A DNA stretch of 64,000 bases from an uncultured Gammaproteobacteria bacterium (GCA_964650355.1 CAZYTL010000001.1:149552-213551); one strand, 5' to 3'; numbered from the stretch's first letter, positions 31,110 through 40,730 are shown. Notes: generated by a model from the letters alone, not told the origin. Program-made: numbers and translations.

Positions 31110-32123
31110 ATGGATAAGGATCTCTTCAAAAGGTTTGAAGCTTACCTGCTCCGTCGAGGCAATAAACCTCTGACCATCTATAAAAGAATAAGTTCAATCA
31201 AGAAACTTCTAAGGGAAGTCAGCCCCCTTACGCCTGAAAACCTCGAATTATACTTTGCCAATATGGCTAAAACCAGAAAAGGAACCACGGTAAACACCCT
31301 AATTGATACCATGAGAGTATTTGCGGACTTCCTCGGAAGGTATGAATTAAGAATAAAACATTTTCCTCAAGAGGATCCGATAAAAACAACCATGTCTGAT
31401 GAGGAAATTGAAAGATTCCTTGCTCTTCCCCCTCCATCCCGGACCAGCGAAAACCGAAAAATCGAATATTATCGCTGGACTAAATTCTTCAAAATTTGTG
31501 CCATGACTGGCGCACGTCCAGGAGAAATCGCTAATCTGACCGTTGATGGAGTTGACTTTGGCTTAAATGCTTTAATCGTAGACGGTAAAATGGGTAAAAG
31601 AAAAATCCCGATGGCAGAGAACATCAAAGATGATCTGAAAAATCTCATCGACAATGAAAAAGACGGGTTCCTTTTTTGGTCCTCAAAAGGTGGGAATGGG
31701 GGAGATGCCAAACAACAAAATCCGGTATTTACAGCCACGCAACGCCATTACTACTTTCACGGCCGACTCAAACGCCTGGGGATCAAACGCCGGGGATTAA
31801 CTCCGCACTCGCTCCGCCATAGTTTTATTACCCAATTACTGGAAGAAGATGTTAATTTATTTAAGGTTCAAAAAATCGTGGGACACAAACGGATTGAAAC
31901 CACAGCACAATATACCCACATGACATTAAAAGATGTGCAACAGGCTATCAAAAAACATCCAATTATTCGCAAACAAACGGATCCGTATTCAATCCTTCAA
32001 GCAATCAAAGAATTAATTCAGTCATTCGAACTGGAAAAAGACCAAAGATTTGAATATGTCATCACCGAAACCACCGATGAGTTAAGTCTCTCTGTTAAGG
32101 TTGTTAATAAGCCTAGCAGTTAA
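31110..32123 (+). CDS. int: tyrosine recombinase / phage integrase
   Basis: C-terminal catalytic region HSLRHSF...KIVGHKRIETTAQYTH (R..HxxR..Y). Confidence 0.9.
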   Translation: MDKDLFKRFEAYLLRRGNKPLTIYKRISSIKKLLREVSPLTPENLELYFANMAKTRKGTTVNTLIDTMRVFADFLGRYELRIKHFPQEDPIKTTMSDEEIERFLALPPPSRTSENRKIEYYRWTKFFKICAMTGARPGEIANLTVDGVDFGLNALIVDGKMGKRKIPMAENIKDDLKNLIDNEKDGFLFWSSKGGNGGDAKQQNPVFTATQRHYYFHGRLKRLGIKRRGLTPHSLRHSFITQLLEEDVNLFKVQKIVGHKRIETTAQYTHMTLKDVQQAIKKHPIIRKQTDPYSILQAIKELIQSFELEKDQRFEYVITETTDELSLSVKVVNKPSS

Positions 32124-32350
32124 AACAACCACAATTAGGGCAATAGAGATCTTCTTCGTTGGCCACCGACACCAGATACCAGATATAACTACAAAATTTA
32201 CAGACTATTTGCATCATAACAAATGTTTAACGTCCATCTCTACAATTCCTACAAAGGTAGGGATATGGCTTCCTCCGTCTAGTTACCTTTCCGCATTCCT
32301 GGCAAGGAACCATATAGGGCTTTCTCTTTTTGGAAAATCTTCACGGCATA

Positions 32351-32581
32351 TTATTTACCCAGTGCTTCCTCAGTCTTTTCTAATTCCTGAATTAATTTAC
32401 TGAGTTCGTTGCTAATTCCGTGTCTAACACCGATCAGCCCCAGACCTGCAATTAGCATCTCAGGCTCATTTTGAATGAGACCATAAGCAATAGCGCAGGC
32501 GCCGGCGATATAAGCTTTTTTGCCCCTTAACACTTCCCAGGCTAGTGAAATTAAATTTGTAACTGTAGACATATTTCTCAC
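32351..32581 (-). CDS. small membrane protein (holin-like candidate)
   Basis: 76 aa, two hydrophobic segments. Confidence 0.3.
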   Translation of the reverse strand: MRNMSTVTNLISLAWEVLRGKKAYIAGACAIAYGLIQNEPEMLIAGLGLIGVRHGISNELSKLIQELEKTEEALGK

Positions 32582-32604
32582 CTCCTTACTTCAGCTCCAA
32601 TAAA

Positions 32605-32802
32605 TCAATCTATTGATTCAAAGTAGTCTGGATTATTTTTGATAGCATCCTCATCAATGGATAGACTCAATGTCCAGTGAGAATTGATATCAATCAGACA
32701 TTCATAATAAGGAACATATCGCTGGACCTTCTCTGGTGCGTTAGTTAGAAATTCCCCCTTTCCGATTGCTTCTAGTAGTTTTTGGGTAGCTCGATATTTC
32801 AT
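32605..32802 (-). CDS. hypothetical small protein (start revised to MKYRATQ)
   Basis: AAGGAAG SD 6 nt before AUG at 32802; the ORF-track N-terminus overlaps the upstream small gene. Confidence 0.35.
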   Translation of the reverse strand: MKYRATQKLLEAIGKGEFLTNAPEKVQRYVPYYECLIDINSHWTLSLSIDEDAIKNNPDYFESID

Positions 32803-32803
32803 A

Positions 32804-32974
32804 TCATTTCTTCCTTTTGTTAAGTTTCGCTCCGTGTGCGCCGGCGTTCCTGGCATTAATTGACCTTAGAGCGTCTTCCCGATTCGTAGAACTGCCCACC
32901 ACTTCTCCGGTGTCTCTATTGACAATTTTGTAAGGGCGCTTATCTCCTTTTACATACTTAACGTCATAAGGCAT
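32804..32974 (-). CDS. small basic protein (55 aa), absent from ORF track
   Basis: strong SD AGGGGAGGUG 9 nt upstream of AUG at 32974; hand translation MPYDVKYVKGDKRPYKIVNRDTGEVVGSSTNREDALRSINARNAGAHGAKLNKRKK; stop overlaps the next start. Confidence 0.4.
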   Translation of the reverse strand: MPYDVKYVKGDKRPYKIVNRDTGEVVGSSTNREDALRSINARNAGAHGAKLNKRKK

Positions 32975-32975
32975 A

Positions 32976-34040
32976 CTATTCACCTCCCCTTACGAAAATT
33001 CGATCTTTTAACCATTGCCAAAAAGTCTTTTTTGGTTTATTTGTCGCCGGTTTCGGGTCTTCTGTGGGCTCTTCCGGAGTATTTTCTGAACTCAGGACCT
33101 CGTGTAATCGCCGTAGAAGCTCTTTTTCATCCGTTCCGGTATATGCAATCATTGAACCCACTTTTCCAATTAAATTGGCATACTGGGCTTTGAATTGTTT
33201 AGTTTTTTCCGTGTCGGTATCTAATTGATCCTCTTGAAGAATAAGTTTCTTAATCTCTCCTATTACTGTCTGGCTATTCTTCTCGCCGGCATCCGGCTGG
33301 GGTTTTAATAAGTCCCAAGCGTTATCAAGAAATTGCTGCCATTGTTTATTGGTGGTCCGCAATCCCTGATTAGTTATTTCTAGCGTCTTAAAATCTTTCT
33401 TCAAATTTTCCAAAGCCTTTTTATCTCCACTCCAATCTTTCTTCATGTCCTCAATCGTCCGCCTCAAAATTCCCAACTGATCCTGACATTTAGCCAACTC
33501 ACCAGTCGCCGGATCCGCGGCCTTGCGCTCTATCCAAAGCAAGGAATGGGGCTGATTCTTGTCCTGAAGAGTCTCCGCCCACGCCGATTCAAATTCCTCT
33601 TTAGTATAAAAGTGATGGTCACCATCCTGTCTTAAGGCATCTCTGAAATTCGGATCATTTACAAAATAACCATCTTCACGATAGCCAACCACCAAAAAGA
33701 AGTGCCCACCCTTAAATTTTTTATCCTGAGTGCTGTTAAGACTACCATAGTGAACCAAAACAATCGGAGGCAAATTCTGGTCAATCAACTCTCTGATTCT
33801 TTCCGGTGTAGCATTACGCTCCAGATGGGGAATATAGCCAAAAGATTTAATCGCCTTCTGTAATTCGTCCCAGCCAATTAAACCCTGATCTGCCTCAGTC
33901 TTCTCAAAAACTGTATCTGTCGTTAAACTCTCGCCATAATAATTGAGAATCATGGCAATACTGGCCGGTCCGCAGTCATTCTTTGTCTTACCCGCATCAT
34001 TGTCCCACTGTGACTTGTACTTAACTTCCAAATTTCTCAT
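32976..34040 (-). CDS. endolysin candidate: papain-like C39-type cysteine peptidase with C-terminal amphipathic tail
   Basis: CGPASIAMILNYYG (Cys) and GGHFFLVVGY (His) motifs; C-terminal KTFWQWLKDRIFV. Confidence 0.55.
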   Translation of the reverse strand: MRNLEVKYKSQWDNDAGKTKNDCGPASIAMILNYYGESLTTDTVFEKTEADQGLIGWDELQKAIKSFGYIPHLERNATPERIRELIDQNLPPIVLVHYGSLNSTQDKKFKGGHFFLVVGYREDGYFVNDPNFRDALRQDGDHHFYTKEEFESAWAETLQDKNQPHSLLWIERKAADPATGELAKCQDQLGILRRTIEDMKKDWSGDKKALENLKKDFKTLEITNQGLRTTNKQWQQFLDNAWDLLKPQPDAGEKNSQTVIGEIKKLILQEDQLDTDTEKTKQFKAQYANLIGKVGSMIAYTGTDEKELLRRLHEVLSSENTPEEPTEDPKPATNKPKKTFWQWLKDRIFVRGGE

Positions 34041-34042
34041 AG

Positions 34043-34303
34043 CTATTTGCTGTTAATACGGTCTTTTAGTAGGGTTTCTATTCCGGACAATCTTTGATCT
34101 ATTCCCTTTAGTGTCGCGATATATTCAGATTGAGTAACATAAGTTTCTCCTTTAGATTCCAGTGCTTTAATTCTTGTATCATTTACGGCAATATTTTGTG
34201 CCAGAGGAGCCAATCTAGCAGTAATCCAAACGCCAAGCACAAGAGTAGCCACAGTAAGAACCGAGATGAGGAGCTGTACTTTTTGTCTGAATTTATCATC
34301 CAT
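34043..34303 (-). CDS. holin-like single-TM protein
   Basis: 86 aa, one TM then coiled-coil; immediately upstream of the lysin. Confidence 0.35.
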   Translation of the reverse strand: MDDKFRQKVQLLISVLTVATLVLGVWITARLAPLAQNIAVNDTRIKALESKGETYVTQSEYIATLKGIDQRLSGIETLLKDRINSK

Positions 34304-34320
34304 GTTAGATATGCTTCCAC

Positions 34321-34390
34321 AAAAAAAGCGCCGTGAATTACTTCACAACGCTTTAGTAATTATTATAGCAGAGGATCTGAAATCTATCAA
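34321..34390 (-). promoter_or_regulatory. promoter-hairpin cassette A (TTGATA-17-TATAAT, transcription start site (TSS) hairpin AAAGCGUUGUGAAGUAAUUCACGGCGCUUU + U7)
   Basis: -35 at 34385-34390, -10 at 34362-34367, hairpin 34321-34354; holin AUG 17 nt downstream. Confidence 0.55.
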
Positions 34391-37300
34391 AAATGAACGT
34401 CAACCGGATTCTTTTGTTTCAAGGTCCAGGCTGTATTTATCTTTGTTTTGGGTGTCCAATTTGTAGATACTTTTGCCTTATTATCCCAGGAAGTAGATAT
34501 TTTCGTTTTATTGATCCACAATCCCCTGAAAACAATGTCAGGGACCACAAAATTCACCACCACTGGCACCACACTGGCCGTCTCAACTTGTAAATAGGTG
34601 GCGGTGACGGCGGGAATAGAGAAAATTGTTATGGTAGGAGTAACGCTGGCTGTTATATGTCCGGTTGCCGCCGTTACATTTGGGACGGTAAAGGTGGTTA
34701 CTATTGGATTTAATGCCGCGGTTTCTACCTGGACATAAGTGGCCGTGGTCGCTGGAATCGAAAATGTACCTTGCACTGGAGAAGCGCTTGCAGTTTCTAC
34801 CTGACTATAACTCGCTGTAACGGAGGGGATTAAAAATGAGCTGAGGACAGGCGATGCCCCTGCGGTTTCTACCTGGACATAAGTGGCAGTAACAGAAGGT
34901 AAATTAAATATAGTTATTACTGGATTAACTGAAGCATTATAAAGACCCGAATGGGTAGCTGTGACTGAGGGGAGAGAAAAATTGACTGAAACGGCAGATA
35001 AACTAACAGTTTCTACTTGGATATAGGTGGCTGTAACTGAAGGATTGGAAAAATTAATTATTACCGGAGATACCGAAGCGCTTTCACCACTACTTGATGT
35101 TGCCGTAACAGTGGGTGTACTAAAATTAACTATTGATGGGGATAGGCTGGCGGTTTCTACCTGGACATAGGTGGCTGTAACTGAAGGATTGGAAAAGGTG
35201 GTTGTGACTGGCGAAAGATTGGCGGTTTCTACTTGGATATAAGTAGCTGTCATTGATGGATTAGAGAAAGTGACCGCTACCGGGGAAACACTTGCCGTTT
35301 CACCACTGCTTTGTGTCTCCTCACTTCCAACACTGTAAAATGTTGAAGGATTGCTTTGGTTATTATAAATTGTAGTGATTTGATTGCTAGATAAATATGA
35401 AGCAATCACCCGAATTTCATCTAATCCTCCATCATATCTATATGCAGTGGGTGGAGATACCCCCCAAGTCCGTTCTCCAATGTAAATAGAAGTCGTCGTA
35501 TTTGCATCTATAGAAGTAGGCCCGCCTGTTGTTTGATGAATTGTCCCATTATTTATTGAGGCCTCCAATAAACCATTTCCACCATCTCCATCTGCATCAT
35601 ACCGCCCCATCAAAAAGTCCCATTGACCCGTAGTGACGGAATCGCCCGTTGTTTGGACATTATAACCAGTTAATGACTTCCTAACTGCAAAGCGTAATTC
35701 TCCGGCTGGACTTTGACGAGTTACAAGCAAATACCCTCCGCCGCTTGCATCGAAAAAATCAAGAATATCATAGGATGTATTCTGTGGTAAGGTTTCATGT
35801 TTGGACCACATTATAATTGTCAAATCCCCGGTAATTTTAAGATGTCCCGCATTTGCGTTTGACAAAGAAAAATAATCTCCATTGTCATCTCGCTCTAAAT
35901 CCCTACCGTTCCCAACTTTTCCAGTTAAACTATCAATGGTATTGTTGTCAGAAAAATTTGCATTACCAGTAGAATCAATTAAATTATTTCCGCTAGATTC
36001 GTCACCATGAGCAACCAATTTGTAAATGCTAGGCCAAGTATTATCTCTCCCATAAGTGTCGCTGGTTCCATACCCAGTAGCATTTGGGTATCCATAATAA
36101 ACATAGAAATCAGTATCTACGCTTGAAGAAATTGAATCTATCAAAAGGTGAATCTGTCCTGTTTGTCCACTTGTATCAATCTTTACCAAATCATAGGCAC
36201 ATTCAGTTACCCCATCATCTTTGGTAATTCTTATATCATCACCGTCTGCTTGTACATGACTAAAAAAGGCCGACGGCAAATCACTTAAATCCACATAAAC
36301 AGGGTAGTCAGTATCGTCAGCGGCCACCTTTCCATGCTGAATAGTAACCTTAATCCTATATTGCCAATTACTGTTATACCACCCAACCCCGACGCTTGCT
36401 GTTACGCTTGGAAGCGTAAAGGTCACTCCCACCGGATTAACACTGGCAGTCTCCACTTCTTGATAAGTAGCAGTCACCACAGGGAGGCTAAATGTAGTTA
36501 CTACGGCAGCGACGGTAGCCGTGAAGTAAGCTAAGGCTGTAACCAAGGGCAAGGTAAAACTGGTAACCACCGGCGAGACTGAGGCCGAATCAACCTCGTT
36601 ATAGGTGGCCGTCACGCTAGGCACCGTGAAGTTTACCGCTACCGGACTAACACCGGCAGTCTCACCGCCACTTGCTGTATAGGTGGCGTAGATAGACATT
36701 GAATATCCGTCATAATTATTAGTTGGAACAAGGGGGTCTGGAAAAGTGTTGTAGGTTCCAGAATTATAACTTATCAACCTATTCCCAGAAGTAGTAGAAT
36801 CGTACCTCCCAAACCAACCAAGATCTTGATCGGACCACCCAGCTAATGTATATGGAGTACTGTCCACAACAGACGGCTTAGTTCCCGAATAAACTATGTC
36901 CCTCCAACCAGCCGAAGCATCAGTAAAATTATATTCATCTGTTTGTCCGTTAGTAATTTTATCGAAATCTGGATGCTGAGAATATAATTGACCAGTTACA
37001 TTTGCATTTGTCCCCGCATCAGTATATATAGTTAATTTATCAATGGTTCCATTTCCATCAGTGGGCGTATAATCATTTCCACTTCCACACCCTAAATTAT
37101 TTAAACTCCAATTTGAGCCTCCAATAGTCTGATATCCAAACGTAGGATCAACAACTACTGGATAAACCGCATTGTCTAGCCAAGATTTAGGAAGCAATAA
37201 TTTGTGTTCATTTGTATCAGGAAACCAATTCTGATCTGCCCAAGCTTCTTTTCCGTCAGCCGCAATCAACTTTACTCTTTTAGCATTGCCGATCTTGCCC

Positions 37301-38100
37301 GTTTTATAGTCCTGAAATTGTGTTTGCTGGATAATGATCTCACTTAATCTCTGCAATTCTTGCTCCAAGTCCCCGTCTTTCCATGTGTTAAATTTATCTG
37401 TTTGACCAGCCGTTCCCAATTTCACCATCACCTTTTCAGGGTGTCTTTTTAGAAGCTCATCAAAGATCTCTGCGTGTCTCTTCTGTTCCTGGCTCTGTGC
37501 TACCATTCCCCCCTTGCTCTCATGATAAAAGGCAATGGAGTTGACAATATCTTCCGGCCTATGTACCAAAACATTACCTTGATCGTCTTTTACGTCTGTT
37601 TCTGTGACAGTAATGTTCGTTTGAAATTCGTCACTCCAGCCGTCTTGAAATTCCTCCGTTAGTGGTGGCTGTTTATATCCCTTAATTGATTTATGTTGAG
37701 TGGTTAATACCAGTTCGCAATTATCGCCTACAACCTTTGTCTTTTTTTGAAGAGCAGCCAGAGTCTTAAAATGCAGCTCCATCTCATATCCACCGTCTTC
37801 ACCAGCGTCAGGCTTTTCAAACTGGTGCACTTCATAGTCGGGAGCAATGTATTTAATTTTCTCTCCATCAGTAATGACTTGGGCATTGGAATCCTCTGGC
37901 GCCCTTTGACTAAAATTGACCTCATTATCCCACCGACTTGATTTTCTCTGGGGCTTGAAGTCCGGTTGTTTGCTATCGCCAATTTCTACCTGAATCCGAT
38001 CCTTCGGATTACTTTTAACTTCATACAAGAAAGTATTATTCTCAATCCGGTACTTCCCGGTGATTTCTGCCGGTAATTTTTGAATATTTATGTCTGCCAT
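34387..38100 (-). CDS. tail fibre / receptor-binding protein (LamG/ConA-like domain, DUF2341-like region, tandem 24-aa repeats)
   Basis: 1237 aa; repeat unit SPVxxxFSxPSVTATYxQVETAxx repeated >12 times; LamG-like block; C-terminal KTKISTSWDNK repeats. Confidence 0.6.
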   Translation of the reverse strand: MADINIQKLPAEITGKYRIENNTFLYEVKSNPKDRIQVEIGDSKQPDFKPQRKSSRWDNEVNFSQRAPEDSNAQVITDGEKIKYIAPDYEVHQFEKPDAGEDGGYEMELHFKTLAALQKKTKVVGDNCELVLTTQHKSIKGYKQPPLTEEFQDGWSDEFQTNITVTETDVKDDQGNVLVHRPEDIVNSIAFYHESKGGMVAQSQEQKRHAEIFDELLKRHPEKVMVKLGTAGQTDKFNTWKDGDLEQELQRLSEIIIQQTQFQDYKTGKIGNAKRVKLIAADGKEAWADQNWFPDTNEHKLLLPKSWLDNAVYPVVVDPTFGYQTIGGSNWSLNNLGCGSGNDYTPTDGNGTIDKLTIYTDAGTNANVTGQLYSQHPDFDKITNGQTDEYNFTDASAGWRDIVYSGTKPSVVDSTPYTLAGWSDQDLGWFGRYDSTTSGNRLISYNSGTYNTFPDPLVPTNNYDGYSMSIYATYTASGGETAGVSPVAVNFTVPSVTATYNEVDSASVSPVVTSFTLPLVTALAYFTATVAAVVTTFSLPVVTATYQEVETASVNPVGVTFTLPSVTASVGVGWYNSNWQYRIKVTIQHGKVAADDTDYPVYVDLSDLPSAFFSHVQADGDDIRITKDDGVTECAYDLVKIDTSGQTGQIHLLIDSISSSVDTDFYVYYGYPNATGYGTSDTYGRDNTWPSIYKLVAHGDESSGNNLIDSTGNANFSDNNTIDSLTGKVGNGRDLERDDNGDYFSLSNANAGHLKITGDLTIIMWSKHETLPQNTSYDILDFFDASGGGYLLVTRQSPAGELRFAVRKSLTGYNVQTTGDSVTTGQWDFLMGRYDADGDGGNGLLEASINNGTIHQTTGGPTSIDANTTTSIYIGERTWGVSPPTAYRYDGGLDEIRVIASYLSSNQITTIYNNQSNPSTFYSVGSEETQSSGETASVSPVAVTFSNPSMTATYIQVETANLSPVTTTFSNPSVTATYVQVETASLSPSIVNFSTPTVTATSSSGESASVSPVIINFSNPSVTATYIQVETVSLSAVSVNFSLPSVTATHSGLYNASVNPVITIFNLPSVTATYVQVETAGASPVLSSFLIPSVTASYSQVETASASPVQGTFSIPATTATYVQVETAALNPIVTTFTVPNVTAATGHITASVTPTITIFSIPAVTATYLQVETASVVPVVVNFVVPDIVFRGLWINKTKISTSWDNKAKVSTNWTPKTKINTAWTLKQKNPVDVHF
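34560..35300 (-). repeat. 72-bp tandem repeat array (~10 copies) inside the tail-fibre gene
   Basis: anchor word TTTCTAC recurs at 34722, 34794, 34866, 35010, 35154, 35226 (period 72); second shorter array ~36400-36700. Confidence 0.7.
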
Positions 38101-38101
38101 A

Positions 38102-38596
38102 TTAACTGCTTAAAATATCGTGACTGCCCTTGTTAGATTCATCCAGCTGGACATAAACTTCCCTTTTAACCTTTTGATCATTTTCCTCCACAACGGCGGT
38201 TAATAAGGCGTTCTTTTGGATTGGATTAATCTGGAAGTTGAGTACTCCCACCAACTGCCCACTATTAACCAACTCATCAATATAGCTCTTTAATGCCGGA
38301 GTGATTGTGTCTACGGGTTTATCTATTGGGGGTGGCGTTTGATCATGCCAGTAGGCAACCTCCTGTTCGGTTCCCTCATTTTCTACATAAAAGCTGATAT
38401 TCTTCCTGATTAGGGTGTCATTCTTTTTTTCATATACACCAATTGTGTACCAGTTGATATTTTCAGCCGATCTTATTTCCTCTCGGATTGCCCTCTTTGG
38501 CGTGTCCTCAGCAAGCAATAACGCCTTTTTACCCTCTGGCGTAGTAACCGTGTGGAACTTAGTCATTAAATAATTAAATAATTCTGCTTTAGTCAT
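38102..38596 (-). CDS. hypothetical protein upstream of tail fibre (start revised to MTKAELF)
   Basis: SD GAAAGGGGGUGA before AUG at 38596; the ORF-track N-terminal 31 aa are translated terminator+SD. Confidence 0.4.
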   Translation of the reverse strand: MTKAELFNYLMTKFHTVTTPEGKKALLLAEDTPKRAIREEIRSAENINWYTIGVYEKKNDTLIRKNISFYVENEGTEQEVAYWHDQTPPPIDKPVDTITPALKSYIDELVNSGQLVGVLNFQINPIQKNALLTAVVEENDQKVKREVYVQLDESNKGSHDILSS

Positions 38597-38618
38597 ATTT
38601 TCACCCCCTTTCTCTACT

Positions 38619-38641
38619 AAAAAACCAGCCCTATTGGCTGG
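38619..38641 (-). terminator. intrinsic terminator
   Basis: minus RNA CCAGCC-AAUAG-GGCUGG followed by U6. Confidence 0.55.
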
Positions 38642-38733
38642 TATTAACCTTAACCTATCCGCCTCGTCTCGCCGGTCAAGACAGGTCAACCGATAGGCAT
38701 TTATTTTAATTATTAACTTTATGCGCTTGTGCC

Positions 38734-39177
38734 CTAGGCGCTTGCCCCCTGAATAATCCCTTCAGCATCCCAAGGGACATCAATCTGGGTAGCTGTAGCA
38801 GGAATATCTGCGGTGAAGTCCATGAAGGCAATTGGGATGGAGTCTGTGTCATTCGTTACGTGCTTATAAACTAAGGCACCCTGAATATCTCGTGTCGCGT
38901 TACCACTTAATCCAGTAAATGAAGCATTGTCGGCATCAAATTCAGCCCGATCATTGGCATCATCAATATTAACAGCCTCGTTTGCCAAAGCAACTCTAGC
39001 ATATCCGGTAGCGTCACACTCATCTAGGGTGGTAAAACCATTCATTAGATCCACGTCTGGCTCGGTGTCGCAGGTAGTATTAGTCATCACCAAAGCCACC
39101 CGAATATCGTCGGCGTTCATGTCCAAATCGCCGCTCATCCATTTTCCGATTGCATTTTGATAAACTACACTCGCCAT
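38734..39177 (-). CDS. acidic hypothetical virion protein
   Basis: 147 aa, Asp-rich. Confidence 0.3.
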   Translation of the reverse strand: MASVVYQNAIGKWMSGDLDMNADDIRVALVMTNTTCDTEPDVDLMNGFTTLDECDATGYARVALANEAVNIDDANDRAEFDADNASFTGLSGNATRDIQGALVYKHVTNDTDSIPIAFMDFTADIPATATQIDVPWDAEGIIQGASA

Positions 39178-39180
39178 AAA

Positions 39181-39672
39181 TTATTCCTCCTTTTTTTCGT
39201 TTTTAATCATGGTAATAGGGAACCAGCAAAGATTGCCGCGATTGCCGCCACTTTTAGCTAAAAACATTTGAACAGCAATTGATTCACGATTATTTGCTTG
39301 TAATCTCAAATATTCAGAGTGCTCACCTTTAAGTTGAAGATATTTTGACTTCCATTTTTCTTTAACCTCTAACAACCTATCATTAAAGGGTTTAATTTTG
39401 GCTCGTAATTCCGGAGTATGTTTTTGGTACCTTTCTTCCGGAGACAATGAATTAAGGAAGTCGTTTAACTCTTTTTCAATTGGTGCCTGTTTATCTTTCA
39501 GTTCTTTATTTATATCCCCAATTTTCTGCCTATATTGTTTAATCTTCTCCTCTACGTCAGAAGTAAATGCCTTTCTCTTTTTAGTCTGAATCATCCTCAC
39601 ATCTAAAACCTCAAGTTCTTCGCCGTGGATAGTTGTAACCTTATCTCCCTTTTGGGGTGTGTCTGTAGCCAT
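39181..39672 (-). CDS. hypothetical coiled-coil protein
   Basis: 163 aa Lys/Glu-rich. Confidence 0.3.
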   Translation of the reverse strand: MATDTPQKGDKVTTIHGEELEVLDVRMIQTKKRKAFTSDVEEKIKQYRQKIGDINKELKDKQAPIEKELNDFLNSLSPEERYQKHTPELRAKIKPFNDRLLEVKEKWKSKYLQLKGEHSEYLRLQANNRESIAVQMFLAKSGGNRGNLCWFPITMIKNEKKEE

Positions 39673-39748
39673 AAAAAAACGCCGTGAATTATTTCACAAC
39701 GCTTTTTAACTAGATTTATTATATCACAAGACAAAGGTCGCCTGTCAA
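39673..39748 (-). promoter_or_regulatory. promoter-hairpin cassette B (TTGACA-19-TATAAT then hairpin+U7 directly abutting AUG)
   Basis: -35 at 39743-39748, -10 at 39718-39723, hairpin 39680-39707, A-run 39673-39679 touches start codon at 39670-39672. Confidence 0.55.
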
Positions 39749-39750
39749 TA

Positions 39751-40104
39751 TTAGAAAGCGATCAACTGCGTGTAGATCGTCACGCTGGATGTAATTACTC
39801 CTCCCCCTGCCGGAGCCACCACATCAATCCTGTCGTCTTCCTTCAGGATCAATTCCCCGTCCGGAACGTAATTGAAATATTGACCGTTATTACTACCTGT
39901 CTGCAAGACATTGTCATGTGCCGCCCCTTCACCGGAATTGAGAGTGACTTTTAAATCTGTTCCTGTATAGGTTGGAGCAGCAGAATAACTCACCAGGACC
40001 TGCAAGAGCCGCCTGGCGCTACCAGTAGGCGTTGATAGAGTTTGTAGTGTGTCCGGTGCCGATGTTTGAGCAATTCTTCTTAATACTCCTCTCATAATGT
40101 CCAC
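39751..40104 (-). CDS. hypothetical protein
   Basis: 117 aa. Confidence 0.3.
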   Translation of the reverse strand: MDIMRGVLRRIAQTSAPDTLQTLSTPTGSARRLLQVLVSYSAAPTYTGTDLKVTLNSGEGAAHDNVLQTGSNNGQYFNYVPDGELILKEDDRIDVVAPAGGGVITSSVTIYTQLIAF

Positions 40105-40163
40105 CTCCTTTGCTTTTCATCCCTGCCCCCACCTCCCAATAGGGGCAGAGTTAAAAGCCAAGA

Positions 40164-40607
40164 TTAGGCTTCCTTGGTAACTACACCATTGGCCTGCGTG
40201 ACAACCCACTGGGTGCCATCACAGAAAACCTCGACATAGTTTCCGATCACACCTGCTAATAAAAGATATTTAGTAACCACGGCAGAGCCATTGTAATTAA
40301 CTGCTTCTCCTGTTTGTGGCAGTAAAGCAATGGTTTGAGCAGCCAAGGCATGTGCCCTTAAAATCTTACCTTTGGAACTCACGACAGCTGGAAGCGTTAA
40401 AACCTGGGCTCCCGTATCTCCCGAATTATTGAAAATAGTCGGTTTATCCAGATCATCCTGGGTAACGGTATAGTCGGCGGTTTTAGTCGTCACCGTGGCA
40501 GTCCGGGGATCAATTGTCGGATATGGAGGAATCGTCGAACTAATCAGGGCGTAATATCCCTTGATTAATTTAGATAGATATTGTTTGACCTGTAAATTTT
40601 TCAACAT
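40164..40607 (-). CDS. hypothetical structural protein
   Basis: 147 aa; SD 40 nt upstream, bridged by the TATAAC/GTTATA hairpin (40620-40646). Confidence 0.35.
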   Translation of the reverse strand: MLKNLQVKQYLSKLIKGYYALISSTIPPYPTIDPRTATVTTKTADYTVTQDDLDKPTIFNNSGDTGAQVLTLPAVVSSKGKILRAHALAAQTIALLPQTGEAVNYNGSAVVTKYLLLAGVIGNYVEVFCDGTQWVVTQANGVVTKEA

Positions 40608-40695
40608 ATATTTAGTGACTATAACTTTGTGATTATGGTCGTTATATTCACCTCCTTTCCTGAAAAAATGAAATTAGAATTAATTTTTGGGTGTA

Positions 40696-40717
40696 CGGGG
40701 TTTTTGTACAGAACCCC
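40696..40717 (-). promoter_or_regulatory. stem-loop downstream of capsid gene (no U-tract)
   Basis: CGGGGTT-9 nt-AACCCCG. Confidence 0.35.
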
Positions 40718-40730
40718 GCTAAACTGTTAG

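Noticed and set aside
32101-32403. Plus-strand ORF (100 aa) just after the integrase
   Set aside because: It overlaps the integrase 3' end and the converging minus-strand gene; it has low-complexity composition, no RBS and no motif. Probably spurious.
38597-38689. N-terminal 31 aa of ORF 38102-38689 (MTCLDRRDEADRL...)
   Set aside because: That stretch is the translated intrinsic terminator CCAGCC/GGCTGG plus the SD; the gene starts at MTKAELF (38596).
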